In this document: positions 1 through 10,309 of the stretch, one piece after another
Numbering within the stretch: position 1 is the stretch's first letter
How the letters are laid out: the number at the start of each line of letters is the position of its first letter
Assembly: GCA_045106895.1 (NCBI GenBank)
Contig: JBGCFM010000039.1
Span: 192,001-256,000 of the forward strand
Source: Polyangiales bacterium
GTDB lineage: Bacteria; Myxococcota_A; Polyangia; Polyangiales; Houyiibacteriaceae
Length of the DNA stretch: 64,000 nucleotides
Reading direction: 5' to 3'
The notes under the pieces: model-generated
What the model was told of the DNA's origin: nothing
Seen by the model: only the letters and a program-made list of their open reading frames with translations
Databases searched by the model: none
Program-made: the position numbers and the translations under genes

Positions 1-2
1 TC

Positions 3-269
3 GAGCTCGGCGCAAACGACGCGCGCATTTTCGCCGAGGGCTTGCGCAAACTTGCATCGCTCCCAAAACTGGCGGACGCCACGAGCACAACAAGCGAGTG
101 GCTACCGACACGCGGAGACGTCTACCTCGAACTCCCCGCGCTACAGCTTCTCGCCATCTCCGCACAGCACGCCGAGACCCTCGCCGCTCGCCTCATCGAA
201 CTCAGCCACGACATCCCTGCCGAATCTCCATTGCCACCGTGGCACCCATGCCGAAGAACCGACCCATGA
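3..269 (+). CDS. hypothetical protein, 5'-truncated by window edge
   Basis: Open frame from position 3; its TGA overlaps the next ATG (ATGA, 266-269). Confidence 0.55.
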   Translation, partial: ELGANDARIFAEGLRKLASLPKLADATSTTSEWLPTRGDVYLELPALQLLAISAQHAETLAARLIELSHDIPAESPLPPWHPCRRTDP

Positions 270-688
270 TCGCCATCAACCTGCAGTCCGCCGAACGCTC
301 CCCCACGGAAACCGTCGAGGCCTTCCTCGCGGCCCTCGCCGCCCTCGATATGGACGGCGCGCGCGCGCTCATGGCGGACGACATCGTCTACCAGAACGTG
401 CCCTTCCCCGCAGACCATGGCGCAGACGCGACCACCAAGACGCTCAAGAAGTTCCTCGTTCCCTTTCGCAGCTTCGAGGTGGAGACCCTCAACATCGCCG
501 CCAACGGCAACACCGTGCTCACAGAGCGCATCGACACATTCGCCAATGGCAAGTACCGCGCAGGCTTCTGGGTCTGCGGAACTTTCGAGGTCCAGGACGG
601 CAAGATCACGCTCTGGCGTGACCGTTTCGACATGGCCGACATGACCTTCAGCCTCGTTCGAGGCCTCCTGCGAGCGCCCTTTCGTTAG
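266..688 (+). CDS. limonene-1,2-epoxide hydrolase / SnoaL-like (NTF2 fold) protein
   Basis: Motifs ADDIVYQNVP, VLTERID, GTFEVQDGKITLWRDRFD; start placed at the ATGA overlap. Confidence 0.85.
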   Translation: MIAINLQSAERSPTETVEAFLAALAALDMDGARALMADDIVYQNVPFPADHGADATTKTLKKFLVPFRSFEVETLNIAANGNTVLTERIDTFANGKYRAGFWVCGTFEVQDGKITLWRDRFDMADMTFSLVRGLLRAPFR

Positions 689-1610
689 CGGACGTTTCGC
701 CGGCTCGGGTTTCGTGTGACTGCCCAGCGAGCGGTACGAGTTCGCGGATGATCGAAGCCAATGCGTCCTCGGCGGGCGTCATCTCAAACCCTGGCAGCAG
801 CCTACGGAGCTTGCTTCCGTCGAGGGAATGCGCGGCGTCCCAGAGGTAACGCATCTCAAGGAGCTCGCGTCCGAGGCGCCAAAACGGGTAGGCCAAGCGC
901 ATCGCAAACCAAGGCACAGACTTCAGCTTCAGCGGCCCCGTCGTGTTCTCAACCAACGCGCGCAGCGCCTCGCCCGTGAGCGTGAGCCCTTCGAAGGGAA
1001 TGTCTTCAAAGTAGCCAAGGGTCTCTCGTCGCTCCGCCAATGCCACGGCGGCACGCGCAAAGTCCGGCACGTACGCCCAGCTATGCTCCGCGTCCATGCG
1101 CCCTGGGTACGTAAAACTCCCTGACGCGAGCCCCTTCAGCAGCACCAGGTCGAGCCAGTTTCCGCTCACGCTGTCCCCAAAGAAATCACCCGCGCGTAGC
1201 ACTAGTGTCTGCACGCCACGCTCCGCCGCGCTTCGGTACGCCTCCTCCATCTCAGCGCGTATCGCGCCCTTTGTTGTCTCCGGTTCGTGCGCGCTCTCTT
1301 CGCTCCATGCGCCACCGCTACGTGCGTAGACGTAGACATTGCCCGGCACGATCACCGTCGCCCCGGACGACTCCGCGGCAGCGAGGACCTGACGGGTAAT
1401 GGCCGGGATCGCCGTCGCCCACCCCTCATAGTTCGGCGGGTTCAGGCCGTTGAAAATCACCTCCGCTCCGGCGGCTGCCCTCCGCATATCCTGCGTGTGG
1501 CGATCAAAGCGCCGAACCTCCCAGCCCGCTGCTTCAAACGCCTCAGCGACGTGACCTCCCGACATTCCGCTCGCACCCAAGACCAAGACCGTTTGATTCG
1601 TTGTTTCCAT
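648..1610 (-). CDS. NAD-dependent epimerase/dehydratase family (atypical SDR)
   Basis: VLVLGASGMSG Rossmann motif, PGNVYVY, LRAGDFFG, HSWAYVPD; AGGAGA SD before ATG 1610. Confidence 0.85.
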   Translation of the reverse strand: METTNQTVLVLGASGMSGGHVAEAFEAAGWEVRRFDRHTQDMRRAAAGAEVIFNGLNPPNYEGWATAIPAITRQVLAAAESSGATVIVPGNVYVYARSGGAWSEESAHEPETTKGAIRAEMEEAYRSAAERGVQTLVLRAGDFFGDSVSGNWLDLVLLKGLASGSFTYPGRMDAEHSWAYVPDFARAAVALAERRETLGYFEDIPFEGLTLTGEALRALVENTTGPLKLKSVPWFAMRLAYPFWRLGRELLEMRYLWDAAHSLDGSKLRRLLPGFEMTPAEDALASIIRELVPLAGQSHETRAGETSANERALAGGLERG

Positions 1611-1695
1611 GTTTCTTCTCCTGGGACCAACATGAATGAATACAAAAAGAAGCGAAACGGCCAAAACCGCAGCTCGACTATGCAATAATGACTAG

Positions 1696-2592
1696 ATGGA
1701 CTGGGACCTAGTACGGAGCTTTCACGCGGTCATGGAGGCAGGATCGCTCTCAGGCGCCGCTCGGCAGATGGGCATCAGCCAGCCCACGGTGGGGCGCCAC
1801 ATCGCCGAACTCGAAGAGCAGCTCGGCGCCGTGCTCTTTGAGCGCGCGGGGAGACTTCGTCCGACGGAATCCGCTCGCACCCTCATGGCGCACGCCAAAG
1901 CGATGCACGATGCGGCGACTCTACTTCGCCTCCGCGCCGCCGGTGACGCGCAAGCTCTCAGCGGCAGCGTGCGCGTCACCGCCTCGCAGATCGTGGCGGT
2001 CTATCGCCTTCCGCCAATCCTCGCGCGCGTCTCGACGGCGCAACCGAATATCGATCTGGAACTCGTCGTATCCAACGACAATCAGAACCTACTGCGACGC
2101 GACGCCGACATCGCGCTTCGCATGGTGGAACCGACGCAGAAAGAGATCATCGCCAAACGCATCGGCGACATTCCGATGGGGCTCTTCGCGCACCGCGACT
2201 ACCTCGCCGAGCGCGGTACACCAAAGAGCGCGGAGGACCTCCTCGCGCATACCTTCATCGGCTACGATCGCTCGGACCTTCTACTGCGCGGCATTCGCGC
2301 CTTCGGGCTTCAGGTCTCCCGCGAAGACTTTCGTATCCGCACGGACGACCAGGTCGCTCAAGTCGAGCTAATGCGCGCCGGCGCTGGAATCGCGGCGACG
2401 CAATGCGCCGTCGCAGCCGCTCATCCCGAACTTGTCCAGGTTATCCCCGAGCTTCCTATCCCCCCGCTGACGCTGTGGCTCGCGACGCACCGCGAAGTCC
2501 ACACGTCGGCGCGCGTACGCGCCATCTACGACCTTCTCAGCGCAGAGATGCGCTCCGCCCTCAGCCAAGCGGAGCACACGCCCACAACGTGA
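1696..2592 (+). CDS. LysR family transcriptional regulator
   Basis: HTH GSLSGAARQMGISQPTVGRHIAELE; divergent from the SDR gene. Confidence 0.95.
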   Translation: MDWDLVRSFHAVMEAGSLSGAARQMGISQPTVGRHIAELEEQLGAVLFERAGRLRPTESARTLMAHAKAMHDAATLLRLRAAGDAQALSGSVRVTASQIVAVYRLPPILARVSTAQPNIDLELVVSNDNQNLLRRDADIALRMVEPTQKEIIAKRIGDIPMGLFAHRDYLAERGTPKSAEDLLAHTFIGYDRSDLLLRGIRAFGLQVSREDFRIRTDDQVAQVELMRAGAGIAATQCAVAAAHPELVQVIPELPIPPLTLWLATHREVHTSARVRAIYDLLSAEMRSALSQAEHTPTT

Positions 2593-2621
2593 CCCGTCCA
2601 CGTATGCTAGGTCTAAAGTCG

Positions 2622-3287
2622 ATGAGCATTCCAACGCCAACGCCGGCGACCCTGACAGAGCTGCTCTCCTTCGACCTGCGCTACGGACTGCCCTCCGTCG
2701 TCTCCGTTCTACGCTCGAAGCTCACCCTTCGGGAGCTTGGCCGCGTCGCGTTTTCCCTCGCTCGACACGCGCCCCACGATCCCCTCGCCATACGCAAGAA
2801 CCTGCCCTCGTGGAACGATGCGCACGACAAGCTCACGCGCTACCAGCTGCGGGCACTCTTCCGCCTCGACGACGCCACGCGCAGCGCCCTTCGCTGGGAC
2901 GAGGCAGCACGTCTCGCGCTTCTCCGCGAAGTAGTCGCCGCCAGCGGCAGCGTATTCATCTCGAAGAACGTGCCCTTCCCTTCCGGCGCCGCGTGGAAGG
3001 CATCCAACCAAGAGGAGCGCGCGGACTTCGCGGCGCGCCTCCAGGGCCGCCTTTTCAACACCATCATGAAGACTCACGAGGTGACGGATCGAGCCCTCGC
3101 CTTCGACGTCAGCGCCTGCCGCTTTGCCCAACTGTGCCGGGCCTACGAGCGCATGTACCTCGCGCCCCTCTTCTGCGAAGCAGACGCCCGTTTCTTCCGC
3201 GACAGCTCAACGGGCATCCAGCTGCAGCGCACCAAGACCCTCGCGCGCGGCGACGACGTGTGCGATTTTCGCTTCGTGTGGGAGTGA
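2622..3287 (+). CDS. L-2-amino-thiazoline-4-carboxylic acid hydrolase-like protein
   Basis: FDVSACRF...PLFCEAD...LQRTKTLARGDDVCDFRF signature; start could also be 2604. Confidence 0.7.
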   Translation: MSIPTPTPATLTELLSFDLRYGLPSVVSVLRSKLTLRELGRVAFSLARHAPHDPLAIRKNLPSWNDAHDKLTRYQLRALFRLDDATRSALRWDEAARLALLREVVAASGSVFISKNVPFPSGAAWKASNQEERADFAARLQGRLFNTIMKTHEVTDRALAFDVSACRFAQLCRAYERMYLAPLFCEADARFFRDSSTGIQLQRTKTLARGDDVCDFRFVWE

Positions 3288-3354
3288 GCCATAGCGCGGC
3301 GCGCGAGGGAGCCAGTGCTCCGCTCGCGCACTAGACCCCAACGCCCGGCCTCAG

Positions 3355-5598
3355 TCAGAGATCGAAGCGGTCCAGGCTCATCACTTTGTGCCACGCGGCG
3401 GCGAAGTCCTGAACGAATCGCTCGCGAGCGTCGTCCGCGGCGTAGACTTCGGCGAGGGCACGCAGCTGTGAATTCGAGCCGAAGAGCAAGTCCACCGAGG
3501 TCCCCGTCCAGACCACTTCGCCGGAGCTCCGGTCGCGGCCTTCGTACACCGTAGTCTCACCGACACGGCTCCACTCCGTGTCCATGTTGAGCAAGTTCGT
3601 GAAGAACGCGTTGTTGAGGGTCCCCGGCGTGTCGGTCCATACCCCGTGCGCGCTGCCGCCGTGGTTGGCACCGAGCACGCGGAGGCCGCCGAGCAGCACC
3701 GTCATCTCCGGGGCGGTGAGCGTCAGAAGGTCCGCTCGGTCCACGAGCGCTTCCATGACCCGCTGCTCCCCCTCGTCGCCAAGGTAGTTGCGGAACGCGT
3801 CCGTCTGCGGTTGCAGAGCCGCGAACGAGTCCGCGTTCGTCATCGCCCGCGTCGCGTCCGTTCGCCCAGGCTCAAACGGAACCTCCACGCTCACGCCGGC
3901 GGCCGCCGCAGCGCTCTCCACGCCAGCGCATCCACCCAAGACCACGAGGTCCGCCATCGAGACGCGCTTGTCGCCGGCCTGCGCGCCGTTGAACTCGCTC
4001 TGAACGCGCTCGTAGGTCGCGAGCACCGCGGCGAGCGCCTCGGGCTCGTTCACAGCCCAGCCGTTCTGCGGCGCGAAACGAATGCGCGCCCCGTTCGCGC
4101 CGCCACGGCGGTCCGTGTCGCGGTACGTGGAGGCCGACGCCCAAGCCGTGCTCACGAGCTGCGAGACCGTCAGGCCCGACGCGAGAATCGTCGCCTTCAG
4201 TGCTCGAATGTCTTCGTCCCCGATGAGCGGGTGGTCCACCACCGGGACCGGGTCCTGCCAGACCTGAGGCTCCGGCACGTCGGCCCCCAAGAGCCGCGTC
4301 GCTGGACCCATGTCTCTGTGCGTCAGCTTAAACCACGCACGCGCGAAGGCCGCTTCGAACTCTTCCGGGTTCTCGTAGAAGCGTCGCGAGATTCGCTCAT
4401 ACGCGGGGTCCATGCGGAGCGAGAGGTCCGTTGTCAGCATCATTGGGAGATGCCGTCGTGTCGCATCGTGAGCGTCGGGCACGCTCGGCGTGACCTCACC
4501 GGAGGGCTGCCACTGGTGTGCGCCGGCGGGGCTCGTCGTCAGCTCCCATTCGTACTCGAAGAGGTTGCGAAAGAACTCCCGAGACCAACGCGCCGGCGAG
4601 CTTGTCCAGGCGCCCTCGAGACCGCTCGTCACCGTGTCACCGCCGTTTCCGCTGCCGTGCTCGTTGCGCCAGCCCATCCCCTGCTCCTCGATGGGCGCGC
4701 CCTCCGGCGCGGGCCCGACGCCATGACCGTGCGCGCCATGGGCCTTGTCGAGCGTGTGTCCACCGGCGATGAGCGCCACCGTCTCTTCGTCGTTCATGCC
4801 CATGCGCGCGAAGGTGACGCGGATGTGATGGGCCGCCGCGACGGGGTCCGAGTTTCCACCCGGGCCTTCCGGATTCACGTAGATGAGGCCCATCTGCGAC
4901 GCACCAAGGGGACGCTCGAGGCCGGCTTCGGACCAACGCTCGTCGGCGAGCCATTCCGTTTCTGGTCCCCAGTTGATGTCCGTCGGTTCGAAGACATCTT
5001 CGCGACCGCCGCCGAAACCGAAGGTCGTGAACCCCATCGACTCGAGGGCGACGTTGCCCGTCAAGATCATCAGGTCGCCCCACGAGAGGCTGCGCCCGTA
5101 CTTGAGCTTCACCGGAAGGAGGAGGCGCCGAGCGCGGTCCAAGTTCGCGTTGTCAGGCCAGCTGTTGAGCGGCGCGAAACGGATGGTTCCAGAAGCGGAT
5201 CCGCCCCGGCCGTCGGAGCTTCGGTACGTGCCGGAGCTATGCCACGCGAGGCGAATCATCAGCCCGCCGTAGTGCCCGTAGTCCGCGGGCCACCAGGGTT
5301 GCGAAGTGGTGAGCACCGCCTCGATGTCTCGGCGCACCTCCGACAAGTCGAGAGCGCTAAACGCCTCCGCGTAATCGAAGGAAGTGTCCGTCGGGTCGCC
5401 GCTCGGCGCGTTCGCCTGCAAGACCCGAAGGTCGAGGCGATTCGGCCACCAATCTTCGTTGTTGGTGGCACGCTCGGCCCCCGCAGACGTCTCCGCCCGT
5501 TCCTGGGTAGGTGTCGTCGCTTCGCCGCGCGAGCAGGACGCGCTCAGGAGTCCGGCGGCCATCAGGGCCAGCAAGGGTGTGTTTCGTTGTCGATTCAT
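3355..5598 (-). CDS. katG: catalase-peroxidase with N-terminal signal (possible lipoprotein) peptide
   Basis: [28 protein letters not shown] (M-Y-W adduct residues), [13 protein letters not shown]-terminus [22 protein letters not shown]. Confidence 0.97.
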   Translation of the reverse strand: MNRQRNTPLLALMAAGLLSASCSRGEATTPTQERAETSAGAERATNNEDWWPNRLDLRVLQANAPSGDPTDTSFDYAEAFSALDLSEVRRDIEAVLTTSQPWWPADYGHYGGLMIRLAWHSSGTYRSSDGRGGSASGTIRFAPLNSWPDNANLDRARRLLLPVKLKYGRSLSWGDLMILTGNVALESMGFTTFGFGGGREDVFEPTDINWGPETEWLADERWSEAGLERPLGASQMGLIYVNPEGPGGNSDPVAAAHHIRVTFARMGMNDEETVALIAGGHTLDKAHGAHGHGVGPAPEGAPIEEQGMGWRNEHGSGNGGDTVTSGLEGAWTSSPARWSREFFRNLFEYEWELTTSPAGAHQWQPSGEVTPSVPDAHDATRRHLPMMLTTDLSLRMDPAYERISRRFYENPEEFEAAFARAWFKLTHRDMGPATRLLGADVPEPQVWQDPVPVVDHPLIGDEDIRALKATILASGLTVSQLVSTAWASASTYRDTDRRGGANGARIRFAPQNGWAVNEPEALAAVLATYERVQSEFNGAQAGDKRVSMADLVVLGGCAGVESAAAAAGVSVEVPFEPGRTDATRAMTNADSFAALQPQTDAFRNYLGDEGEQRVMEALVDRADLLTLTAPEMTVLLGGLRVLGANHGGSAHGVWTDTPGTLNNAFFTNLLNMDTEWSRVGETTVYEGRDRSSGEVVWTGTSVDLLFGSNSQLRALAEVYAADDARERFVQDFAAAWHKVMSLDRFDL

Positions 5599-5650
5599 CG
5601 TGTGTCTTTCTTTGTCGATCCATGGATGGCGGACTTCTTCGAAGCGCAGC

Positions 5651-5818
5651 TCAGCGCTCCGCGTGCACGGCGCTCCGCTCATCCGAAGCGGCGCCGGCGG
5701 GCGTCGGCATCACTCCCGCCATGGCGTACCCAAGCCACCCGAAGAGCAAAATGAGAGCGACCCCCACGAAGAGCTCACCGGAAGCATTGGGTGCCGTTGG
5801 GCACGAACTTGAGTCCAT
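5651..5818 (-). CDS. small single-TM protein (55 aa) upstream of katG
   Basis: [36 protein letters not shown]...; ATG lies 13 nt after a sigma54 -24/-12 motif. Confidence 0.5.
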   Translation of the reverse strand: MDSSSCPTAPNASGELFVGVALILLFGWLGYAMAGVMPTPAGAASDERSAVHAER

Positions 5819-5831
5819 GACGCCTAGACAA

Positions 5832-5847
5832 AGCAGAAGTCGTTCCA
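5832..5847 (-). promoter_or_regulatory. sigma54 (-24/-12) promoter toward the small ORF and katG
   Basis: Minus strand TGGAACGACTTCTGCT = GG-N10-GC, close to TGGCACG-N4-TTGCW. Confidence 0.7.
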
Positions 5848-5910
5848 ACGCAAAAACCACTCATTTCATGCACAAACGCCCACGAAGCACCCAAATAACG
5901 TTCCAAACAG

Positions 5911-5948
5911 CCAACGTCATATCGTTGGACGCAACGCTATATCGGTTC
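5911..5948. promoter_or_regulatory. putative enhancer (UAS) sites of the adjacent bEBP
   Basis: Perfect CCAACG-N6-CGTTGG at 5911-5928 and degenerate GCAACG-N6-CGGTTC 20 bp further on. Confidence 0.6.
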
Positions 5949-5960
5949 TACGCTTGAGAC

Positions 5961-7484
5961 ATGCCACAGGTGATCGACTACGCCGCCGACCTCAAAGCCA
6001 TCGCTTCGATGAGCACTCAGCCGGACGCTTTGTCCCGCACCCTCGGCAACGTGCTTCAGGGATTGGGACAGCTCATTTCTTACGACTTGGCTGTGCTCTA
6101 TCGCCTCGACGACGCACGCCTCAAGCCCGTCGCCAAGGCCGGCGCCCTCGCCTCTGATCTTCCCGCCGACCACCAGCTTGAGCTCCGGGATTTTCCGAGC
6201 ATCCAGCGCGTCCTCGATCATGGCAGGCCCTCCGCGCAAACCGAAGAGCATCACAGCAGCCATGAGGGCGACCCATACGACGGCGTCCTCGACTTTCCCC
6301 ACGGACACTCGTGCATGCTCATTCCGCTACGAACAGCGGACGAAGCCGTGGGCGTGATCACCCTCGACCGACGAGTCTGCCAAACCTACACCGACGCCGA
6401 ACTCGGCCTCGCAGACGTCTACGGGCAGCTCACCTCCACAGCGCTTATGTTCTCGGACCAAGCCGAACTCCTCGGTCGCTACAGGCGCCAACTCGAAGCG
6501 CGAAACGGTATTCACGACGAACACAAGAACGCGCATTTCTGTACCTGGCTCGAACGCAGCCGGAGTCCGTCGATGGTGCACTTCGCGAAGCTTGCGCAAC
6601 AGGTCGCCAAGACCACGCTTCCCATCGTCATTCGCGGCGAGACCGGCAGCGGCAAAGAAGTCGTCGCCCGCGCACTGCATCAATGGTCCGGTCGACAGGC
6701 AGGCCCTTTCGTCTCCGTCAACTGCGCCGCGATTCCAGAGAACCTCGTGGAGAGCGAGCTCTTCGGACACGTCAAAGGCGCCTTCAGCGGCGCACTCAGA
6801 GATCGCCCGGGCCGCTTCGTCGCAGCGAACGGAGGGACCCTCTTCCTGGACGAGATCGGCGATATGCCGCTGATGGCGCAGGCCAAACTCCTCCGTGCCC
6901 TGCAGGAGGGGAGCTTCGAGGCCGTCGGCTCCGACCGGACGACGAGAGTCGATGTTCGCGTCATCGCCGCCAGCCACGTCGACCTCGAGGCGGCCATCGA
7001 GGCCGGACGTTTTCGCGAAGACCTATTCTTCCGCCTCGCCGCCGTTCCGCTCTTTCTGCCGCCTCTACGCGAGCGATGCGAAGACATCTTGGACCTCACT
7101 CGTGGCCGCCTCGAGGAACTCGCGCGACGCGACGGCAAAGACCCTTGGACGCTCGCTCCGTGCGCCGTTGACTTTCTCAAGACCCACAGCTGGCCCGGCA
7201 ACATCCGCGAGCTCCTCTACGCCGTGGAACGAGCCGCGGCCCTCGCGCCAACGTCACGCATTCGCCGAGAACATTTTGGCGAGGCCAAGCACAGCACGGC
7301 CCCAGCGCCGGAGCCTCAAAACGCATCGGAGCTGCTCTCTTTTGCCGAAGCCGAGCGTCGTCACCTCGCCCGGGCCCTCGAGCTGAGCGCCGGCAAAGTC
7401 TACGGCCCGGATGGCGCCGCCTCCATTCTCGGCCTGAGACCGACAACACTGCAGGCGAAGCTAAAGAAGCACGGCCTCAAGTAG
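5961..7484 (+). CDS. NorR-like GAF-AAA+-HTH sigma54-dependent activator
   Basis: GAF with DPYDG...HSC...TLD; GETGSGKE, ELFGHVKGAFSGA, FLDEIGD, WPGNIREL; C-terminal HTH. Confidence 0.9.
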   Translation: MPQVIDYAADLKAIASMSTQPDALSRTLGNVLQGLGQLISYDLAVLYRLDDARLKPVAKAGALASDLPADHQLELRDFPSIQRVLDHGRPSAQTEEHHSSHEGDPYDGVLDFPHGHSCMLIPLRTADEAVGVITLDRRVCQTYTDAELGLADVYGQLTSTALMFSDQAELLGRYRRQLEARNGIHDEHKNAHFCTWLERSRSPSMVHFAKLAQQVAKTTLPIVIRGETGSGKEVVARALHQWSGRQAGPFVSVNCAAIPENLVESELFGHVKGAFSGALRDRPGRFVAANGGTLFLDEIGDMPLMAQAKLLRALQEGSFEAVGSDRTTRVDVRVIAASHVDLEAAIEAGRFREDLFFRLAAVPLFLPPLRERCEDILDLTRGRLEELARRDGKDPWTLAPCAVDFLKTHSWPGNIRELLYAVERAAALAPTSRIRREHFGEAKHSTAPAPEPQNASELLSFAEAERRHLARALELSAGKVYGPDGAASILGLRPTTLQAKLKKHGLK

Positions 7485-7512
7485 CATCGGCGGCATCGAG
7501 CGCCTCGCCACT

Positions 7513-7896
7513 CTAAGGGACGTAGAGCAGCTCGAGCTCAAAGCGATAGCCGCCAGTGTCTTCGTAGACGACCAACGACAATGCGAGGTCGCTCCGGCCT
7601 TCACCCTCCGTTCGTAGATCGACGAGCAGGCTCCATCGGTCTTCGTCCCAAAGGCACACGGAGGTGTCCCAGGTCTCCTCGGTCAGCGGACACAAGCGCT
7701 CGCCGTAGTCCGCGACATACTCCCGCATCTGTTTGGTTTGCGCGGGCGTGGGAGAGAGCACGTTGGGGAGCGGCGCTTGAAAACGAAAGTCGTGCTCCAC
7801 CAGCGCATGAACGATCGACTCGAGCGTGGCACGCCAGCGACGAGGAACTGGACCTTCCTCGTCGCGTTTCGATGGTTGGCCGTCTTCCTCAACCAT
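7513..7896 (-). CDS. conserved hypothetical protein
   Basis: 127-aa ORF with protein-like composition (ETWDTSVC, WSLLVDLRTEGEGRSDL) filling the gap. Confidence 0.7.
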   Translation of the reverse strand: MVEEDGQPSKRDEEGPVPRRWRATLESIVHALVEHDFRFQAPLPNVLSPTPAQTKQMREYVADYGERLCPLTEETWDTSVCLWDEDRWSLLVDLRTEGEGRSDLALSLVVYEDTGGYRFELELLYVP

Positions 7897-8044
7897 GAGA
7901 GGGAGCCCGTCTCGCTACGGTTCCGCCACCTTCGCGACGTCGTCGCAGGTTCAAGGGTCCAGGAGAATGAGCCATTCCCGAATATGCTACTCGCGTTCGC
8001 GTATTCGCAAATAGGAATCTCGCTGCATCGTGTCAGCGTATTGC

Positions 8045-9184
8045 ATGCTTCCACCACGACTGATTCTTGTCCTCGGCCTCCCTTGTTTTCTTGGCCTAAT
8101 CGCCTTCGGCTGCGGTGATTCAGGCGGCGAAAGCGACGCAGGCACCGACGCAGCGTCGCTGGACGCCTCCGCTCCCGACGCGGGAACCGACGCCGGACCG
8201 GACGCAGCGGGGGAACGAGACGCGGGAGAGGATGTCGGTCCTCCCGTCGACGCTGGACCCACCATCGACGCGGGGGGTCGCGGGTTCGCGGCTCGCTACC
8301 CCCTCAGCGCGGAATACCCCGAAAGCGGCATCTATGATGAGAGCGCCCACCGCTTCTTCGTCGGAAGTCTCGGCGACGGGATCGTGCGAAGCGTCGACGC
8401 AGAGACCGGCGCCGAAGAGACCTTCTTCGAGGAGAGCGCCGAAGGGCCCTGGTGGACGCTCGGCATGGACATCGACGCCGAGCGGCGCCGCCTTTGGGTC
8501 TGCGCCATGCGAGACCTTCGAGACATCTCCGACCAAGACCCGCCCTACGACGGGTACGTCTGGGTCTTCGACCTCGATACAAACGAACGTGTGGCAAGCC
8601 ATGCTCTGAGTGACGCCATGCCCACCGGCACCTGCACCGACGTTGCCCTGGCTGCCGACGGCAGCGCCTACGTCGTCGACCGTGAACACCCCGTGATTTA
8701 CCACGTGACCTTCGACGGAGGCGCTGAGATCTACGCCCAAGACTCTCTCCTCGACGGAGGCCTCGTCGGGCAAAACGCCCTCGTCGTATTGCCCGACCAG
8801 TCGGGTCTTCTCAGCGCCGTCTACCTTCCTTCCCGCCTCGTCTACATCGCCCTCGACACTCTCGAAGGCGAGGAGCCGGAGGTGCGCGAAGTCGAGATCG
8901 ACGGCAGCTTCGCCGATGCCACGCCGCTCTCCGGTGCCGACGGGATGGTGTATTTCGACGGCGCCGCCTACGTCATCTTTGCGAGTGAGATCGTTCGCGT
9001 TCAGCCCACCCTCGCAACCTGGACACACGCCGTCGCAAGCGAGCTTAGCGTGCCGAACGGCATGACCGACGCCATCGTCACGCCTGGCGGTCTCTACCTA
9101 GTCAACGGGCAGTCCGTCCGCTTCGCTCTTGGAACGACGCCGGATCCCTTCGCCCTCGTTCGCTTCGAGGGAAGCTTCGACTGA
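8045..9184 (+). CDS. lipoprotein, SMP-30/gluconolactonase-like beta-propeller
   Basis: Lipobox-like IAFGC-GDS, DAG-rich linker, YPESGIYD, DVALAADGSAYVVD, GADGM. Confidence 0.75.
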   Translation: MLPPRLILVLGLPCFLGLIAFGCGDSGGESDAGTDAASLDASAPDAGTDAGPDAAGERDAGEDVGPPVDAGPTIDAGGRGFAARYPLSAEYPESGIYDESAHRFFVGSLGDGIVRSVDAETGAEETFFEESAEGPWWTLGMDIDAERRRLWVCAMRDLRDISDQDPPYDGYVWVFDLDTNERVASHALSDAMPTGTCTDVALAADGSAYVVDREHPVIYHVTFDGGAEIYAQDSLLDGGLVGQNALVVLPDQSGLLSAVYLPSRLVYIALDTLEGEEPEVREVEIDGSFADATPLSGADGMVYFDGAAYVIFASEIVRVQPTLATWTHAVASELSVPNGMTDAIVTPGGLYLVNGQSVRFALGTTPDPFALVRFEGSFD

Positions 9185-9283
9185 GGGCAAAAGCCAGCCC
9201 GTCACACTCGCTCCATGCACCCGGGATCCTCGGCGGCGTCGAATTGGTGAGACGCTTTTCCTCAAAGGCGCCACTCTCTCTTC

Positions 9284-10309
9284 GTGCCCACAGCCAAACG
9301 TCGCCTCCGTAGTCACCCCGCCCTCCTCACCTGCGCTGCTTTCCTTTTCACACTCGGCTCCGGCTGCGGCGACGACAGCGCCCCTCTTCGCGACGCGAGT
9401 CCGGCTGCGGACGGGAGCCCCCTCGACTCAAGCGCGCCAGACTCGGCTCGCCCCGATGCGAGCCAAGTCGAAGCCGGCGCCCGCGATTCGAGCCTAGCCG
9501 ACGCGCCGCTGCCCGACGCCGGCCGCCCCGACGCTCGCCGCGACGCCAGCTCCGACGCCGCTGTCCCCAGCGCCCTGGCTGAGTTTCTCACCCGCGAGAT
9601 GTACGACGCGTTTTTCCTCCACCGCGAAGACCCCGCCTGCGAAGGCGAGCTTTTTGCCTACGACGCGTTCATCGCCGCCGCAGCAACCTTCCCCGCCTTC
9701 TGCGCCGAGGGCAGCCTCGACGAGCGCCGGCGTGAGGCCGCCGCCTTCCTCGCCAACGTCTCCCACGAGACCACCGGCGGTTGGGCCACCGCCCCGGACG
9801 GGCCACACGCGTGGGGGCTCTGCTTCAAAGAAGAGGTCGGCTGTGACGGAGGAGGATGCACCGGCTACTGCGCGCCCTCTGAGATGTGGTCCTGTGCGCC
9901 CGGCCGGACCTATCACGGCCGCGGCCCGATGCAGCTAAGCTGGAACTACAACTACGGACAGGCCGGCGAGGCCCTCGGCTTAGACCTCATCGGCGACCCC
10001 GACCTTGTCACCAACGATGGCGTCGTCGCTTTTCGAACGGCCATCTGGTTTTGGATGACGCCACAGTCGCCGAAGCCCTCGTGCCACGACGTCATGGTCG
10101 GCGGCTGGACCCCAAGCGCGGCGGACCGCAGCGCTAACCGTGAGCCCGGCTTCGGTATGACCGTCAACATCATCAACGGCGGACTCGAGTGCAACCGAGG
10201 CCCCGACTCCCGCGTCGACGACCGCATCGGCTTCTACAGGCGCTACGCCGAACTCATGGACGTGGACCCGGGCACGTCCTTGGACTGCGCGACGATGACA
10301 AGCTACTAA
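9284..10309 (+). CDS. GH19 chitinase, lipoprotein
   Basis: [43 protein letters not shown]; signal ending SGC-GDD. Confidence 0.93.
   Translation: MPTAKRRLRSHPALLTCAAFLFTLGSGCGDDSAPLRDASPAADGSPLDSSAPDSARPDASQVEAGARDSSLADAPLPDAGRPDARRDASSDAAVPSALAEFLTREMYDAFFLHREDPACEGELFAYDAFIAAAATFPAFCAEGSLDERRREAAAFLANVSHETTGGWATAPDGPHAWGLCFKEEVGCDGGGCTGYCAPSEMWSCAPGRTYHGRGPMQLSWNYNYGQAGEALGLDLIGDPDLVTNDGVVAFRTAIWFWMTPQSPKPSCHDVMVGGWTPSAADRSANREPGFGMTVNIINGGLECNRGPDSRVDDRIGFYRRYAELMDVDPGTSLDCATMTSY

Noticed and set aside
4741..4770. KatG proximal motif GGHTLDK instead of GGHT(F/L)GK
   Set aside because: A single-base difference; cannot be separated from a consensus error without reads.
3646..5754. 702-aa plus-strand ORF and similar long antisense ORFs (e.g. 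24884-26101 part, 47717-49003)
   Set aside because: Shadow ORFs of real genes caused by high-GC codon bias; Arg-rich with no motifs.
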